A stretch of DNA of 64,000 bases from Thermoplasmatales archaeon (GCA_027310185.1 DAIDBH010000018.1:160001-224000); one strand, 5' to 3'; positions 42,422 through 53,547 are shown, counted from the stretch's first letter. Made by a program: numbers and translations. The notes: generated from the sequence alone by a model not told the origin.

Positions 42422-43489
42422 CTAGTATTTTCTTGAGACAAGGTAATCTGCGAACCATTTGAGGAATTCCTTCTGTTCTTGGTTGCCATCTATCAGGTCT
42501 GCATATCGTTTCCCAGCTTCTATGAATTTGCTGATCAGCCACCTTGAATAATCGAATGATGATGTCTCCCTTACAATTTTTTTCAGTCTTTCAAAGTCCT
42601 CATCGCTTATATTTCCTGAGTTAAGGCTCTTATCTATGAAATTACGATCCAGTTCATGGGATTTCTCCATTGCCTTTATCATCAGAAGAGTCTGTTTTCC
42701 TTCGTTAACGTCACTTTTAGGGGGTTTACCAATTTCTTCCTGGGTCCCGAAAAGGCCAATCACATCGTCATGGAGCTGGAATGCAAGGCCGACCAGGTTT
42801 CCATAGGACTTCAGTGCGTGAAGATCCTCATTCCTTCCGGCAAGATATGAACCAAGTACCAGTGGCCCCTCTAGGGTATATTTTGCTGTTTTTCTGAGGT
42901 GAAGTCTAATGAGATCATTCATCTTCAGTTTTACTCCTGCACTTGAAAACATGTCAAGTCCTTCACCGTATCCTGTGGTTTTTATTATTTCTATCAGTTC
43001 ACCCATTGCCCTGTATTTTACATCCAGAGGAAAGTCACTTCTGTTGAGTGCATCAAAGGAATAGTCCACTGCAAGGTCACCCGCAACTATGGCAAGTGAT
43101 TCTGCCATATGTTCCTTGTCCTTGATATCTCCAAGCATTTCCTCGACCTTCCTGTGAAAACTCTTGAAGCCTCTTCTCAGATCGCTCCTGTCCATTATAT
43201 CATCATGAATCAGGAAGAATGACTGGGAAAGCTCGATGCTGATTGCTGCCCTGTAAATCTCATCATCCTTTCCACCAAACATTCTGTAAGCTGTTGCAAT
43301 CAGTATAGGTCTGACCCGCTTGCCTCCGTTCATCGTGTAATTTCTGAGTTCCTTCACTATCTTGATCATTTCCCCATCTTTAACATCATCTATGACAGAT
43401 TGAAAATACTGTTCAAGGGCTTCATTTATCCTGTTCTTCTCCCCTTCCATGTATTTCTTGAATTTTTCTGACGAATCAGCCTCAACCAT
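42422..43489 (-). CDS. Geranylgeranyl diphosphate synthase (polyprenyl synthetase)
   Basis: GGKRVRP, LIHDDIMD..RRG, KTA, FQLHDD, GK..SD..GK motifs. Confidence 0.92.
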   Translation of the reverse strand: MVEADSSEKFKKYMEGEKNRINEALEQYFQSVIDDVKDGEMIKIVKELRNYTMNGGKRVRPILIATAYRMFGGKDDEIYRAAISIELSQSFFLIHDDIMDRSDLRRGFKSFHRKVEEMLGDIKDKEHMAESLAIVAGDLAVDYSFDALNRSDFPLDVKYRAMGELIEIIKTTGYGEGLDMFSSAGVKLKMNDLIRLHLRKTAKYTLEGPLVLGSYLAGRNEDLHALKSYGNLVGLAFQLHDDVIGLFGTQEEIGKPPKSDVNEGKQTLLMIKAMEKSHELDRNFIDKSLNSGNISDEDFERLKKIVRETSSFDYSRWLISKFIEAGKRYADLIDGNQEQKEFLKWFADYLVSRKY

Positions 43490-43563
43490 GACATGTGATT
43501 TCTTTTAACCATAAAAGTATAGAGTTTTCCCTTTATAATCATCGAATCCATGACCATGCACTG

Positions 43564-44196
43564 ATGTCTGAGATATGCTGTGGTATGGATGAAGCAGGTA
43601 GAGGACCGGTTATAGGTCCCATGGTTATGGCAATTGTGTGCTCTGAGCAGGAAGTAATGTCATCCATTGGTGCAAGAGACTCAAAGACCCTTTCTCCTGG
43701 GTCGAGAGAGAATCTGTTTGAAAAGATAAAAGAAAGATCAGAAAGCGTGCATTTCAGGATTATAACTTCATCTGAAATAAACGAAATGATGAATATTATG
43801 ACGCTCAATGAAATCGAGGAAAAGTTTGCCATAGATCTGATCAATGAATCTGTTGAAAACAGGGTTTATGTTGATGCATTTGATGTAAACGAGCAGAGGC
43901 TGTCCAAGAAACTGTCCAGTGCAACTGGAAAAGATGTAATATGCAGGCATAAGGGCGATGTCCTGTTCCCCGTGGTATCTGCAGCTTCAATAATAGCCAA
44001 GGTAATACGGGACAGAGAGATTAGAGAAATAATCCGGACTTATGGTGAAGTTGGTTCAGGTTACCCATCTGACCCAAAAACTATAGAATTCTTGAGGAAA
44101 TCCATCAGGAATGGAAATGACCTCAAGCCCATAGTCAGGACTAAATGGAGTACATACATAAGGATAATGAAGGAAGAAAAACAGAGAAGACTATAA
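43564..44196 (+). CDS. rnhB: Ribonuclease HII
   Basis: DEAGRGPVIGP, DSK, SAASIIAKV and GSGYPSDP; start trimmed to MSEICCG. Confidence 0.95.
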   Translation: MSEICCGMDEAGRGPVIGPMVMAIVCSEQEVMSSIGARDSKTLSPGSRENLFEKIKERSESVHFRIITSSEINEMMNIMTLNEIEEKFAIDLINESVENRVYVDAFDVNEQRLSKKLSSATGKDVICRHKGDVLFPVVSAASIIAKVIRDREIREIIRTYGEVGSGYPSDPKTIEFLRKSIRNGNDLKPIVRTKWSTYIRIMKEEKQRRL

Positions 44197-44259
44197 TGAA
44201 GCAAGTTAATAGAGAAAAATAAAACATTAGATTAAAGTATTATTCTGAATTGTTGAACT

Positions 44260-44958
44260 GTGCCAGAAGAAATAAAAAACCCAGATGAACTTAGGGATAG
44301 AGATGAAATTGCAGATGATTATAATGAGAGGGGAATAGCATTCTTCAATCTTAAGAAATACCCGGATGCAATAAAGGAGTTCACCAAGGCAATAAAGATA
44401 CTGCCAAACGATCCGGATTATCACTTCAACAGGGGTCTTGCCTATTATTCGATGAGGATGTATGAGCAGGCAGTAAAGGATTACAGGAACGCCATAGAAA
44501 TAATACCTGAAAACGCCGATTACCATAATGCCCTTGGGGCCGCACTTGAAGATTCAGGAATGGCAAGGGAAGCTGTGGAAGAATTCAATAAGGCAATAGA
44601 ACTTGAGTCAGATATACCAGATTTCTTTTACAACAGGGGAAATGCATTCTTCAAGATTGGAAAGAAGGAAGAAGCCTTAAAAGATTACTCCGAGGCTATC
44701 AGGCTTAATAGCATGGACCAGATATTCGTGTACAAAAGATATGAAACCCTGATGGAAATGGGAAGGTTTGAGGATGCACTGAAAGATATTGAAAAGGCAA
44801 TTGAAATATCACCGGAGAATGGAAGCTATTACCTATTGAAATCTGATACACTGGTAGAACTTGGCAGGAAAGAAGAAGCATCTAAGGTGCTGGATGAAGC
44901 AACAAGGTTCAGTGTAGACATGAATGAAATAGAAGAAAGGAAGCGAAAGCTTGAGTGA
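44260..44958 (+). CDS. Tetratricopeptide repeat protein
   Basis: About six 34-aa repeats (NxRG...A...F..AI...P). Confidence 0.92.
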   Translation: MPEEIKNPDELRDRDEIADDYNERGIAFFNLKKYPDAIKEFTKAIKILPNDPDYHFNRGLAYYSMRMYEQAVKDYRNAIEIIPENADYHNALGAALEDSGMAREAVEEFNKAIELESDIPDFFYNRGNAFFKIGKKEEALKDYSEAIRLNSMDQIFVYKRYETLMEMGRFEDALKDIEKAIEISPENGSYYLLKSDTLVELGRKEEASKVLDEATRFSVDMNEIEERKRKLE

Positions 44959-46847
44959 AGGAATCGAAAGGTGAAAGTTTTGCACAATCCAGTTATGGAT
45001 CAATCATACTGAAGCCATATCAGACTGAAGCCATAAATTTCGCTGTGGAATGCCTGCTCAAGCAGGTTGTACCCATAATAGAATCTCCAACAGGTTCTGG
45101 AAAGACAATAATATCTATTATTTCATCAATTATATATGCAAAAAAGACAGGAAAAAAAGTTCTATATCTTACAAGGACAAATTCACAGCAGGACCAGATT
45201 CTCAGGGAACTGAAGATTCTCTCAAAAGCAATGGATTTCAGGGCAATTGCCATGCAGGGAAGGGTAAATCTCTGCCCACTATACATGGAACTTGAGAAAG
45301 ATTCGGATTTCACAACAGAATCACTCTCCAAAATGTGTTCATCCAGAAAGAAGAGAACGAAGGAAAGGAAGGATGGAGGATGCTACTATTATAACAGTGG
45401 AATTTCTTCAGAGGAAACGAGGGAGTATATCCTTGAAAATATTCAATCTACCGAGGACATTTTTGAAACTCTAAGAGCCAGGAAAATATGCCCGTATGAA
45501 TCTCTTAAATTTGCAATGAGGGATGCGGACCTTGTTGTAATGCCATATTCATATTTCGTAAATTCAAACATGGCCATCACCACTATATATAACTGGAGAA
45601 CCTCAAGAGAAAACCTGGTTATAATAATCGATGAAGCCCATAACCTTCCTGATATCGCTAGGGAATCAAATTCGCTGGAAATATCCATGAATACTGTAAA
45701 CATTTCAGAAAAAGAGGCGGTGGAATTTGGCGATCCCGAACTCCAGCCATCTGTACATGTATCTGATTTCATGGAAACAATCAGGGTATCTCTCATTGAA
45801 TTGACCCGTGATCTGGCCGAAAACCAGATCGAAAAGAGAATCATGTTCAGGGATATATTTGAGGAAATGAGCATCTATACGAAGAGAAAATCAGATGAGA
45901 TAGAGTACATGGTTGATGCCCTCATTGCATTTGGTTCCCAGATAGAAGACCAGAAGGAAAACCTTGGCAAGGTTCCAATGTCGCACATTAAAATTCTTGG
46001 AGAAAAGCTAAAATTCCTGAGATTTGCGGAATTTGACAGATTCATATGTATAGTTTCAAGGGAGAAAGAGGAGAAGCTTGAGGCATACTGCCTTGATCCA
46101 TCAATTGTTCTTGAACCACTTTTCCGGTCATCCACAATTCATGTCTCTGCAACACTCGATCCTGTATGGCTTTACACCAATATGACTGGTATTGTAAACT
46201 TTGAATTCAAGTCAATTAAAAATATTTTTCCACAATCAAATCTACTCATCCTTTACAGGGATGATCTTACCACGAAATATTCTGAATTTGGAGCTGAAAT
46301 GGCCGATGAATATGTGAAAGCAATAACTGAAATCCTCAAGGGACTTGACAGGAAGTCAATGGTGTTCTTCCCTTCATTCAATACAATGCAGTACATAGAA
46401 ACAAAGGTAAAATTTCCACACCTGTCTGAATCAAGATCAATGACCCAGCGTGATTTTCAGCATCTCATCTCACTTTACAGGAAGGAAAACCAGCCACTTT
46501 TCGGTGTAATGGGTGGAAGACTCTCTGAAGGCATAAACCTTCCAGGGAACCTCCTCGAAGTTGAGATACTCGCGGGCATTCCGTTCCCGAAACCCACAAT
46601 AAAACAGAGGGCGCTTTCCTCGTATTATGACTTGCTTTTTGGCTCAGGATGGCAGTACGCTTTTCTATTCCCGGCAATTATAAAGGTCAGGCAGACAATG
46701 GGAAGGGTCATAAGATCTGAAAGTGACATAGGAGTCATCATAATACTGGATGGTAGGGTTCAGATGCTTGAACCATACATAAATGCAAGGCTAAGCAACA
46801 ATATACGAGATGATATCAATTCCTTTTTCGAAAGTCACATTAAATAA
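44955..46847 (+). CDS. xpd: XPD/Rad3 Fe-S DNA helicase
   Basis: SPTGSGKT, four Fe-S Cys (NLCP, KMC, GCY, ICPY), DEAHN, SEGIN, QTMGRVIR. Confidence 0.93.
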   Translation: MKESKGESFAQSSYGSIILKPYQTEAINFAVECLLKQVVPIIESPTGSGKTIISIISSIIYAKKTGKKVLYLTRTNSQQDQILRELKILSKAMDFRAIAMQGRVNLCPLYMELEKDSDFTTESLSKMCSSRKKRTKERKDGGCYYYNSGISSEETREYILENIQSTEDIFETLRARKICPYESLKFAMRDADLVVMPYSYFVNSNMAITTIYNWRTSRENLVIIIDEAHNLPDIARESNSLEISMNTVNISEKEAVEFGDPELQPSVHVSDFMETIRVSLIELTRDLAENQIEKRIMFRDIFEEMSIYTKRKSDEIEYMVDALIAFGSQIEDQKENLGKVPMSHIKILGEKLKFLRFAEFDRFICIVSREKEEKLEAYCLDPSIVLEPLFRSSTIHVSATLDPVWLYTNMTGIVNFEFKSIKNIFPQSNLLILYRDDLTTKYSEFGAEMADEYVKAITEILKGLDRKSMVFFPSFNTMQYIETKVKFPHLSESRSMTQRDFQHLISLYRKENQPLFGVMGGRLSEGINLPGNLLEVEILAGIPFPKPTIKQRALSSYYDLLFGSGWQYAFLFPAIIKVRQTMGRVIRSESDIGVIIILDGRVQMLEPYINARLSNNIRDDINSFFESHIK

Positions 46848-46886
46848 TACCTACAAGTTTAATTAACGGTATTACATTTTATCAGT

Positions 46887-47528
46887 ATGGAAGTCGTGAA
46901 CTCCTTCACACTTATCCCTGGAACAATGGCAAACTGTTATGATGTTTCATTCAATGGAAAACGGTTCCTCATTGACGCAGGAACTAAAGGCTCAGGAAAG
47001 AAGATAGTGGAATATTACAACACACTGAAGACAAAGCCGGATATAATCCTCATTACACATTATCATCCAGATCATATAGGTGGTCTTTCACTGGTAAAAA
47101 ATACATTCAATCCCGTCATATATGTGCCAGATGGTGAGATAGACGTTGTCAGAGGTCAGAAAAAGATGACTCCTGCCAGCAGTTTCATGTCCAGGTTCGT
47201 GGCGGCTGTAATGAAATCAAAGCCTGTAAAGGATGTAAGGCCGGTCTCCGAATTGAAATTTGAAGGAATAAAGGTGATAAAATCAAACGGACATACTCCT
47301 GACAGCACATCATATCTTTTCACGCGCCTAAGGGCTCTTTTTGTCGGAGATGCTGCCATGAAAAATGGAGAGAAAATCACAGTTAACAGGGGATTCACTC
47401 TTGATTACAGCAAGGCATTATCATCTATCCAGATCCTGAGCGAGGAAAAAGAAGCCACAGTCTTTCCAGGGCATGGGAAGCCATTCAGGTTTGATGGAGG
47501 AAAGCATGAGGATATTCGGAAGGAATAA
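46887..47528 (+). CDS. MBL-fold metallo-hydrolase
   Basis: THYHPDHIG, GHT, GDA and PGHG motifs. Confidence 0.92.
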   Translation: MEVVNSFTLIPGTMANCYDVSFNGKRFLIDAGTKGSGKKIVEYYNTLKTKPDIILITHYHPDHIGGLSLVKNTFNPVIYVPDGEIDVVRGQKKMTPASSFMSRFVAAVMKSKPVKDVRPVSELKFEGIKVIKSNGHTPDSTSYLFTRLRALFVGDAAMKNGEKITVNRGFTLDYSKALSSIQILSEEKEATVFPGHGKPFRFDGGKHEDIRKE

Positions 47529-47574
47529 TTCTAAAAAAGGATTATTAGATACCAACACATATTCAAGCATAGAT

Positions 47575-48036
47575 ATGCAGAGAGAGGAGATACAGGAACA
47601 TGTGGTCAGACGAATAGAACCCCATGAGATAAAGAGAGCAATGGATATCTCACAGAAATCCCTATCAGAAAGATACTCACGGGATCTTATGATGGAGATT
47701 TACCAGAGCTGGCCGGATGGCTTTATTGTATATTCAGCAAGGGACAGGATATTTGGTTTCCTCGCGGGAAGAAAGGTAACCCAGAGCGAGGCGAGAATAC
47801 TGATGCTGGCTACAGAAGAAAAATACCGAAGTCTTGGGATTGGGGGAGAAATCATTGAGAATTTCATCCAGACATGCCAGATTTATGGTTTTATCACAGT
47901 CAGGCTTGAAGTGAGGACCGACAACAGGAGGGGAATAGAATTTTACCAGAAACATGGGTTCATGGTTACCTCAATATTAAGAAATTATTACAGTGACGGC
48001 TCTGATGCATATGTGATGTGGAAACAGCTAGTTTGA
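47575..48036 (+). CDS. RimI/Ard1-like N-acetyltransferase
   Basis: YRSLGIG, LEVRTDN, FY..HGF and NYYSDGSDAYVM; start uncertain. Confidence 0.88.
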   Translation: MQREEIQEHVVRRIEPHEIKRAMDISQKSLSERYSRDLMMEIYQSWPDGFIVYSARDRIFGFLAGRKVTQSEARILMLATEEKYRSLGIGGEIIENFIQTCQIYGFITVRLEVRTDNRRGIEFYQKHGFMVTSILRNYYSDGSDAYVMWKQLV

Positions 48037-48966
48037 GAACACTTCCAGTCTCGTTGTCTGTTGCGCTTTTACAGTTACAGGTTTTTCAATCTTTATCACA
48101 GTGCCGTGGGCATAAGATTCCTTAAGGCTGCCGTTGATGATCCCACTTCCACTGAGTATCCTCAGGAGATTTCCGTCTTCAGGTGTAATGGTCGCAGTAT
48201 AATCATCCTTTACGAGATATTCCGTTATACCTAACTTCTCGTTTTCAAAAACCTCTTTCTTGTATCCAAAGCCGGTGTCCTCCCTGCCCTTATATTCAGA
48301 TCTTGCCTGTTCCAGCTCCTTCTCACTATCCACTCCGATCCACAGGGAATCCTCCTTGTATGCACCAAGGAGTCTCTTCCTTGCTATTTCAGGAAACACT
48401 GTTATCTCAACATCCTTTCCATTATAATCATTGAAGAAAATTTCCCTTATTGAGCTCTTTATGTAATAGAGGCCGGAATTTATGTAATGTTCCAGTACGG
48501 GTTTTTCCCTGAACGAAGTAACCTGATCCCCATTCATCTCCACTATACCATAGGGGCTTCTCATCTTTGTCACAAGCATTGTCATGCCAAAGTTGGATTC
48601 ATTTGAGAACTTCCTGAAGTGCTCGAAATTAATGTCTGTGATTGTATCCCCATTCCTCAGCATTATATCTTCCTCACCAACAGAGTCAAGCAGATTCCTT
48701 ATGGAATACAGTGTACCCATTGGTTTCTCCTCCCTGAGATAGTGGAATCTCATTCCATCGTGAACTTTTCCATACCTATCCTCTATCTTTTCACCAAGAT
48801 GTCCTGAAAGTACGTAAATATCTTCAATTCCAAGATATTTAAAATCCAGTATCTGTCTGTCCATTATGGTGTAGTTTGGTTTTATTTCAACTAAAACTTT
48901 TGGTATCTCATCGGTAATTGGTTTCAATCTCTTGCCGTATCCTCCGGACAAAATTGCTCCTATCAT
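48028..48966 (-). CDS. Sugar-phosphate nucleotidyltransferase with C-terminal cupin-like domain
   Basis: LSGGYGKRLKPIT..PK, NGD, FREKP and INSGLY motifs. Confidence 0.88.
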   Translation of the reverse strand: MIGAILSGGYGKRLKPITDEIPKVLVEIKPNYTIMDRQILDFKYLGIEDIYVLSGHLGEKIEDRYGKVHDGMRFHYLREEKPMGTLYSIRNLLDSVGEEDIMLRNGDTITDINFEHFRKFSNESNFGMTMLVTKMRSPYGIVEMNGDQVTSFREKPVLEHYINSGLYYIKSSIREIFFNDYNGKDVEITVFPEIARKRLLGAYKEDSLWIGVDSEKELEQARSEYKGREDTGFGYKKEVFENEKLGITEYLVKDDYTATITPEDGNLLRILSGSGIINGSLKESYAHGTVIKIEKPVTVKAQQTTRLEVFSN

Positions 48967-49062
48967 TCATTCACACTTATCCCAAGTAGTAAAAGGAGAT
49001 ATTTTATAATTTGTCAACAAAAGGAAGCTTCATTGACATAAGTTAAAAATTTTTAGCAATCC

Positions 49063-50244
49063 TCACTTTATCTTCAGTGCCTTTGCCCCATTCTCAAAAG
49101 CCTCGAGAGTCCTTTTCAGGTCATCCCTTGAGTGCACTGCTGATGGCATGACCCTTATCCTGGCAACTCCCTTTGCTACAGTGGGAAACACAATTGGTGA
49201 AGCAAAAACCCCCTCATTCTTATACAGGTAGTTGCTGAGTTCAAGAGTTTTCTTTTCATCACCTATAACCACAGGGGTAATCGGTGTCTTTGTAGAGGTT
49301 AGTTTGAATCCTGCATCCCTAAAACCTTTCTGCAGGAAGTTTGCGTTTTCCCACAGCTTCTTGACCAGTGAGTCATCCCTTTCCATTATCTCTATGGATT
49401 TCAGAACACCTGCAGTATCACCTGGATTCAATGCACTGCTAAACAGAAATGGCCTTGCCCTCTGCTTTAGAAGATCTATGAGTTTCTCGCTGCCAGCCAC
49501 AAAGCCTCCCATGGAACCGAGGGCCTTGGAAAAGGTGCCCATTTCAATCTCTACTTTACCCTGAAGGCCAAAGTGATCAACTATACCTCTTCCATTCTTG
49601 CCCAGTACCCCTTCACCGTGAGCGTCATCAACATAGAACATCGTATCATACTTATCCTTTAACTCCTGGATCTCTTTTACAGGCGCTATATCCCCATCCA
49701 TGCTGAAGACCCCATCAGTTACTATGAGTGATCTTTTTCCCTCTTTTCTATGTTCCTTAAGGTTTTTTTCAAGATTGTCAACTGACATGTGATTGTAAAC
49801 ATATTTCTTTGCTGAACTCAATCTCATGCCATCAATTATACTTGCATGGTTTAGTTCTTCGCTGAAAATAACATCCTCCTTCCCCACCAGAACCGGTATA
49901 GTACCAAGGTTTGCAAGAAGTCCTCCCTGATATACGAGTGCTGATTCCATATGCTTGAAAGATGCTACCTTTTCCTCAAGTTTCATGTGTATTTCCATTG
50001 TTCCAGCTATGGATCTGACAGCTCCTGCACCTATTCCATATTCATCAATCGCTTCAATAACTGCCTTTTTCACTTCTGGATTGTTTGCAAGTCCCAGGTA
50101 ATTATTGGAACACATATTGAGAACTTCTTTTCCCTCAATTTTTACGTGAGCTCCCTGAGAAGTTTCAAGAATTCTTATTGGTACATATCTGCCTTCGTTC
50201 TTCAGACTTTCAAGCTCATCATCAACCCACCCTAAATTTGTCAT
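49063..50244 (-). CDS. kbl: Glycine C-acetyltransferase (alpha-oxoamine synthase family)
   Basis: SNNYLGL, NHASIIDG, DGVFSMDGD, VDDAHG and GTFSKA; a BioF-like specificity is not excluded. Confidence 0.82.
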   Translation of the reverse strand: MTNLGWVDDELESLKNEGRYVPIRILETSQGAHVKIEGKEVLNMCSNNYLGLANNPEVKKAVIEAIDEYGIGAGAVRSIAGTMEIHMKLEEKVASFKHMESALVYQGGLLANLGTIPVLVGKEDVIFSEELNHASIIDGMRLSSAKKYVYNHMSVDNLEKNLKEHRKEGKRSLIVTDGVFSMDGDIAPVKEIQELKDKYDTMFYVDDAHGEGVLGKNGRGIVDHFGLQGKVEIEMGTFSKALGSMGGFVAGSEKLIDLLKQRARPFLFSSALNPGDTAGVLKSIEIMERDDSLVKKLWENANFLQKGFRDAGFKLTSTKTPITPVVIGDEKKTLELSNYLYKNEGVFASPIVFPTVAKGVARIRVMPSAVHSRDDLKRTLEAFENGAKALKIK

Positions 50245-50284
50245 GATTAAGAATGGCTTACTTAAAGAAAAAATTAACTATGTA

Positions 50285-51013
50285 TTAAAAAGGCACCAGT
50301 GTAAAATATAACCTCTTGTTCTTTTTCCCCTTATTCTCGATCTTCTGCAATTTTATCTGGCCCAGTTCGCTGGTATTTGAAACATGCGTTCCACCATCTG
50401 CCTGTTCATCAATTCCGACTATCTCTATTATCCTCACAATGGAAAGGTTTTTTATGAGTTCCCTCCCAGGTGCAGTCCTTGAAATATTTGGAATTTTTAC
50501 AGCTTCTTCTCCTGAGATGTATTTTATCCTTATATCGTGATTTTCCATTATAGCCCTGTTTACCCTGTCTATTATTTCCTGTGCCATTTCCTGGGAAAAA
50601 TCCTCCATCGAAAAATCAACTCTTGCCCTATCCTCATATATCTGGCTACCAGTTATCAGCCCTTCATAATCTGGCATTTTATTGACAATTCCATCTATAA
50701 GGTGAATTGATGTGTGATACTTCATATAACTGTATCTTTTTTCCCAGTCTATAGCTCCGTGAAAGTGATCTCCTTCCTTCAAATCATCAAAGGGTCCTTC
50801 AATAACATGGAGCACTTCATCCCCTTCCTTAATGGTATTGCTTACCCTGTAATTCTTTTCATTTACCGTAAGTATGCCTGAATCCCCAGGTTGTCCGCCT
50901 CCCGAAGGATAGAATACCGTTCTGTCAGGAATAACTCCCTTATCTGTGATCCTGTTGATTCTTCCATCGCACTCCTTCAAGTAGGAATCGTTGAAGTATA
51001 ATTTTTCCGTCAT
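50285..51013 (-). CDS. alaXM: AlaX-M tRNA editing protein
   Basis: FYPSGGGQPGD, HTSIH, ADGGTHV, NKGKKNKR. Confidence 0.9.
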   Translation of the reverse strand: MTEKLYFNDSYLKECDGRINRITDKGVIPDRTVFYPSGGGQPGDSGILTVNEKNYRVSNTIKEGDEVLHVIEGPFDDLKEGDHFHGAIDWEKRYSYMKYHTSIHLIDGIVNKMPDYEGLITGSQIYEDRARVDFSMEDFSQEMAQEIIDRVNRAIMENHDIRIKYISGEEAVKIPNISRTAPGRELIKNLSIVRIIEIVGIDEQADGGTHVSNTSELGQIKLQKIENKGKKNKRLYFTLVPF

Positions 51014-51160
51014 TATTTTTCCATTCTAACATCGTATTTATTTCTATGCAATATTGTAAGTTTCAGCACCTCTTACTGTCATTTCATTTCAAAAAAATTA
51101 AGAGGATAGAAGGTATGCGCAACAACGAGAAGCTTCTGGGATAAATCATTTGAATATATA

Positions 51161-51676
51161 ATGGGCATATTTGCGTTCATTGCTCCACTGATTTCAACTT
51201 ATATAATACTGAGGCTGCTCTCTAGAAAAAATATTGTTTGGCTATTTTCAATTATTAATATCATAGTTATTTCCATAATCCCATTCATTTTTGGATTATT
51301 CTTTGGGCTTTCATCAATTCTGGATATAGTCATACTGTTGGCTATCTATTCTTTTATATTCATCCCCCTTACAACATTCATATTAAGAACAAGAAGAAGA
51401 AAGTTCAATTTCCATGGAAAATGGAGTATTCCCATGGCATTCAGGAAACACTGGGCAATATACGCGGCATCAATAGTTTTTTACATATTCAGCCTCATAT
51501 TCATATGGTCCTTTGCATTCAATGTTCCAACATACTTTAGCAATATTCTTTTCTACGTATTCACAGGATTTCTTACATTCTATTATCTCATACTGGGATT
51601 TGGCATAGCAAGGGTAGGCATGGAAGAAAAAAGAAGAAGAAAGAAACAGATGGAGCAAAGCAGGTTCAGCCAGTAG
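51161..51676 (+). CDS. Hypothetical membrane protein
   Basis: Highly hydrophobic 171 aa ORF with basic loops; start may be upstream. Confidence 0.65.
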   Translation: MGIFAFIAPLISTYIILRLLSRKNIVWLFSIINIIVISIIPFIFGLFFGLSSILDIVILLAIYSFIFIPLTTFILRTRRRKFNFHGKWSIPMAFRKHWAIYAASIVFYIFSLIFIWSFAFNVPTYFSNILFYVFTGFLTFYYLILGFGIARVGMEEKRRRKKQMEQSRFSQ

Positions 51677-51735
51677 CCGTTTAATTTTAAAAATTTTTCC
51701 ACAAATATTCTTAAGCTGATTTTTCATGTCTGTAT

Positions 51736-52680
51736 ATGGATTTTACAGGCATCAGGATAAGGCTGGCAACAATCCTCGCCGGTATAGGTATAGCAGTGGT
51801 TGCAGGGCTTCTAATCTCAGTGGTGGCGAATTACTTCTTCAATCTTTCTTATTCTTTTGCATTTCTTGGGATAATACTTGTCATAGTGTTCATAATGGAT
51901 ATTGCTCAATATCTTCTTTCACCCTATATCATAGGCAGGATGTACCATCTCAGGAAGGTGAATCCACAGGAACCATCAACCGCCTGGCTATATGCTTCGC
52001 TCCAGCAGGTATGCAGCTACAATAACCAGAAAGTTCCAGAACTTTTCATTGCTGAAACACCTGTGGCAAACGCATTCGCATATGGCTCACTTCTATCAGG
52101 AAGACGAATGGCTGTTACGAGAGGTCTCCTGAATATCCTCAACAGGGACGAGGTGGAGGCTGTAATGGGTCATGAAATCGGACACCTGAAACACCACGAT
52201 GTTGCACTGTTGCTTGCCATAGGATTGATACCAACCATAATATTCTATTTCGGATATTCAATGCTATTTGGAGGTGGAAGAAAGGGTGGCAACGGTTCCA
52301 TATTCATAATCGCACTGGTGATGATGGGGGCGAGTTTCATCTTCAACATAATGATCCTTGGTGTGAACAGGATGAGGGAATCCTATGCAGATGTCAATTC
52401 AGCACAAACAATACCCGGTGGTGCAGAAAATCTGCAGACTGCTCTTGCTAAAATCGTGGCATCCACACCCCAGAAGAAGTATCTCAGAAAAAGTGCTCGA
52501 AATACAACAAGCAGTATGCTGATGTTTTCAGGACTTGATCAGGGAGAAATGAGAGATCACAGGAGGCTTCTTGAAGAATGGAAGCATATGAAGATATCAC
52601 TGTCACAGTCGATATTCAGTGATCATCCACATCCGGCAAAGAGGATTCAAATGCTTGAAAAATTGAAGAAAGATCAGTAG
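51736..52680 (+). CDS. htpX: Zinc metalloprotease HtpX (M48)
   Basis: NAFA, GHEIGHLKH, RESYAD and DHP..KRI motifs. Confidence 0.93.
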   Translation: MDFTGIRIRLATILAGIGIAVVAGLLISVVANYFFNLSYSFAFLGIILVIVFIMDIAQYLLSPYIIGRMYHLRKVNPQEPSTAWLYASLQQVCSYNNQKVPELFIAETPVANAFAYGSLLSGRRMAVTRGLLNILNRDEVEAVMGHEIGHLKHHDVALLLAIGLIPTIIFYFGYSMLFGGGRKGGNGSIFIIALVMMGASFIFNIMILGVNRMRESYADVNSAQTIPGGAENLQTALAKIVASTPQKKYLRKSARNTTSSMLMFSGLDQGEMRDHRRLLEEWKHMKISLSQSIFSDHPHPAKRIQMLEKLKKDQ

Positions 52681-52743
52681 GTAAGTTTCAATCTCCTCTA
52701 ACTGGTATGGAGGAAGCAATATCATCCATCAGGTTGGAATAAA

Positions 52744-53364
52744 TTACCTGTCAGGTTTTGGATTATCATTCATCCTGGGTGGTATTCTTCTCAGTATGAA
52801 AGCACCAGCAAGGATCAGCACAGTAAGTGCGAGCCCTCCATAAATACCACCTATATATTTCGTGTTAAGGAACAGGAACACAAGAATTGCCGCGACAATC
52901 ATGATGTTGGAAATAATGCCATTCCTCCGGGAGAATGGACTTGGCATTTTTGCAATACTTTTCTCAAAATAACCGGTCAGGGCAAGATATATCATCGCCA
53001 GGAGGATGTATTTACTGTCGTTGATTTCTGCTATGACCTCCTTACCCTGCCTCCTTAAGGTAAGCACATCAGAATTTGAATCACGTATGACTGTTTCAGA
53101 ATCTTTCTTTGAAACAATTGAGCCCAGTTCATTCAACCTGACGAAATATTCTTCATTTCCAATTACAACGTTAAGGTTTCTTTTTATAATGCCTACCCTT
53201 CCATTTGAAGCATAAATTACAAGTCCGGCTGTGTTTCTTTTTATGATTGCATTGAAGTTCCCAGAAACATTAATTGAAAGATTCCCTGCAAATCCTGACT
53301 TAGTTATTAATGCAAACTCCCCTGTACCAGAATCTACCTTCCCGTTTGCATAGGTGAATTTCAT
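52744..53364 (-). CDS. Hypothetical protein with two C-terminal TMs
   Basis: Beta-rich N-terminal domain and hydrophobic C-terminus. Confidence 0.65.
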   Translation of the reverse strand: MKFTYANGKVDSGTGEFALITKSGFAGNLSINVSGNFNAIIKRNTAGLVIYASNGRVGIIKRNLNVVIGNEEYFVRLNELGSIVSKKDSETVIRDSNSDVLTLRRQGKEVIAEINDSKYILLAMIYLALTGYFEKSIAKMPSPFSRRNGIISNIMIVAAILVFLFLNTKYIGGIYGGLALTVLILAGAFILRRIPPRMNDNPKPDR

Positions 53365-53547
53365 CCGTTACAATCGTAACAATCAATTATTAGCTTTTCC
53401 CTATTTGTACGGTGGTATCTGATCCATTCGTGCCAATATTTTTATAGGAAAGAATAATCAGTCTTTTTAGGGTCTAATGAAACAGAGAAACGTTAAAGAA
53501 TTTTACGAGAATTTCTCTGGGTATGCCCGCATTGTGAACAAAGGAGG

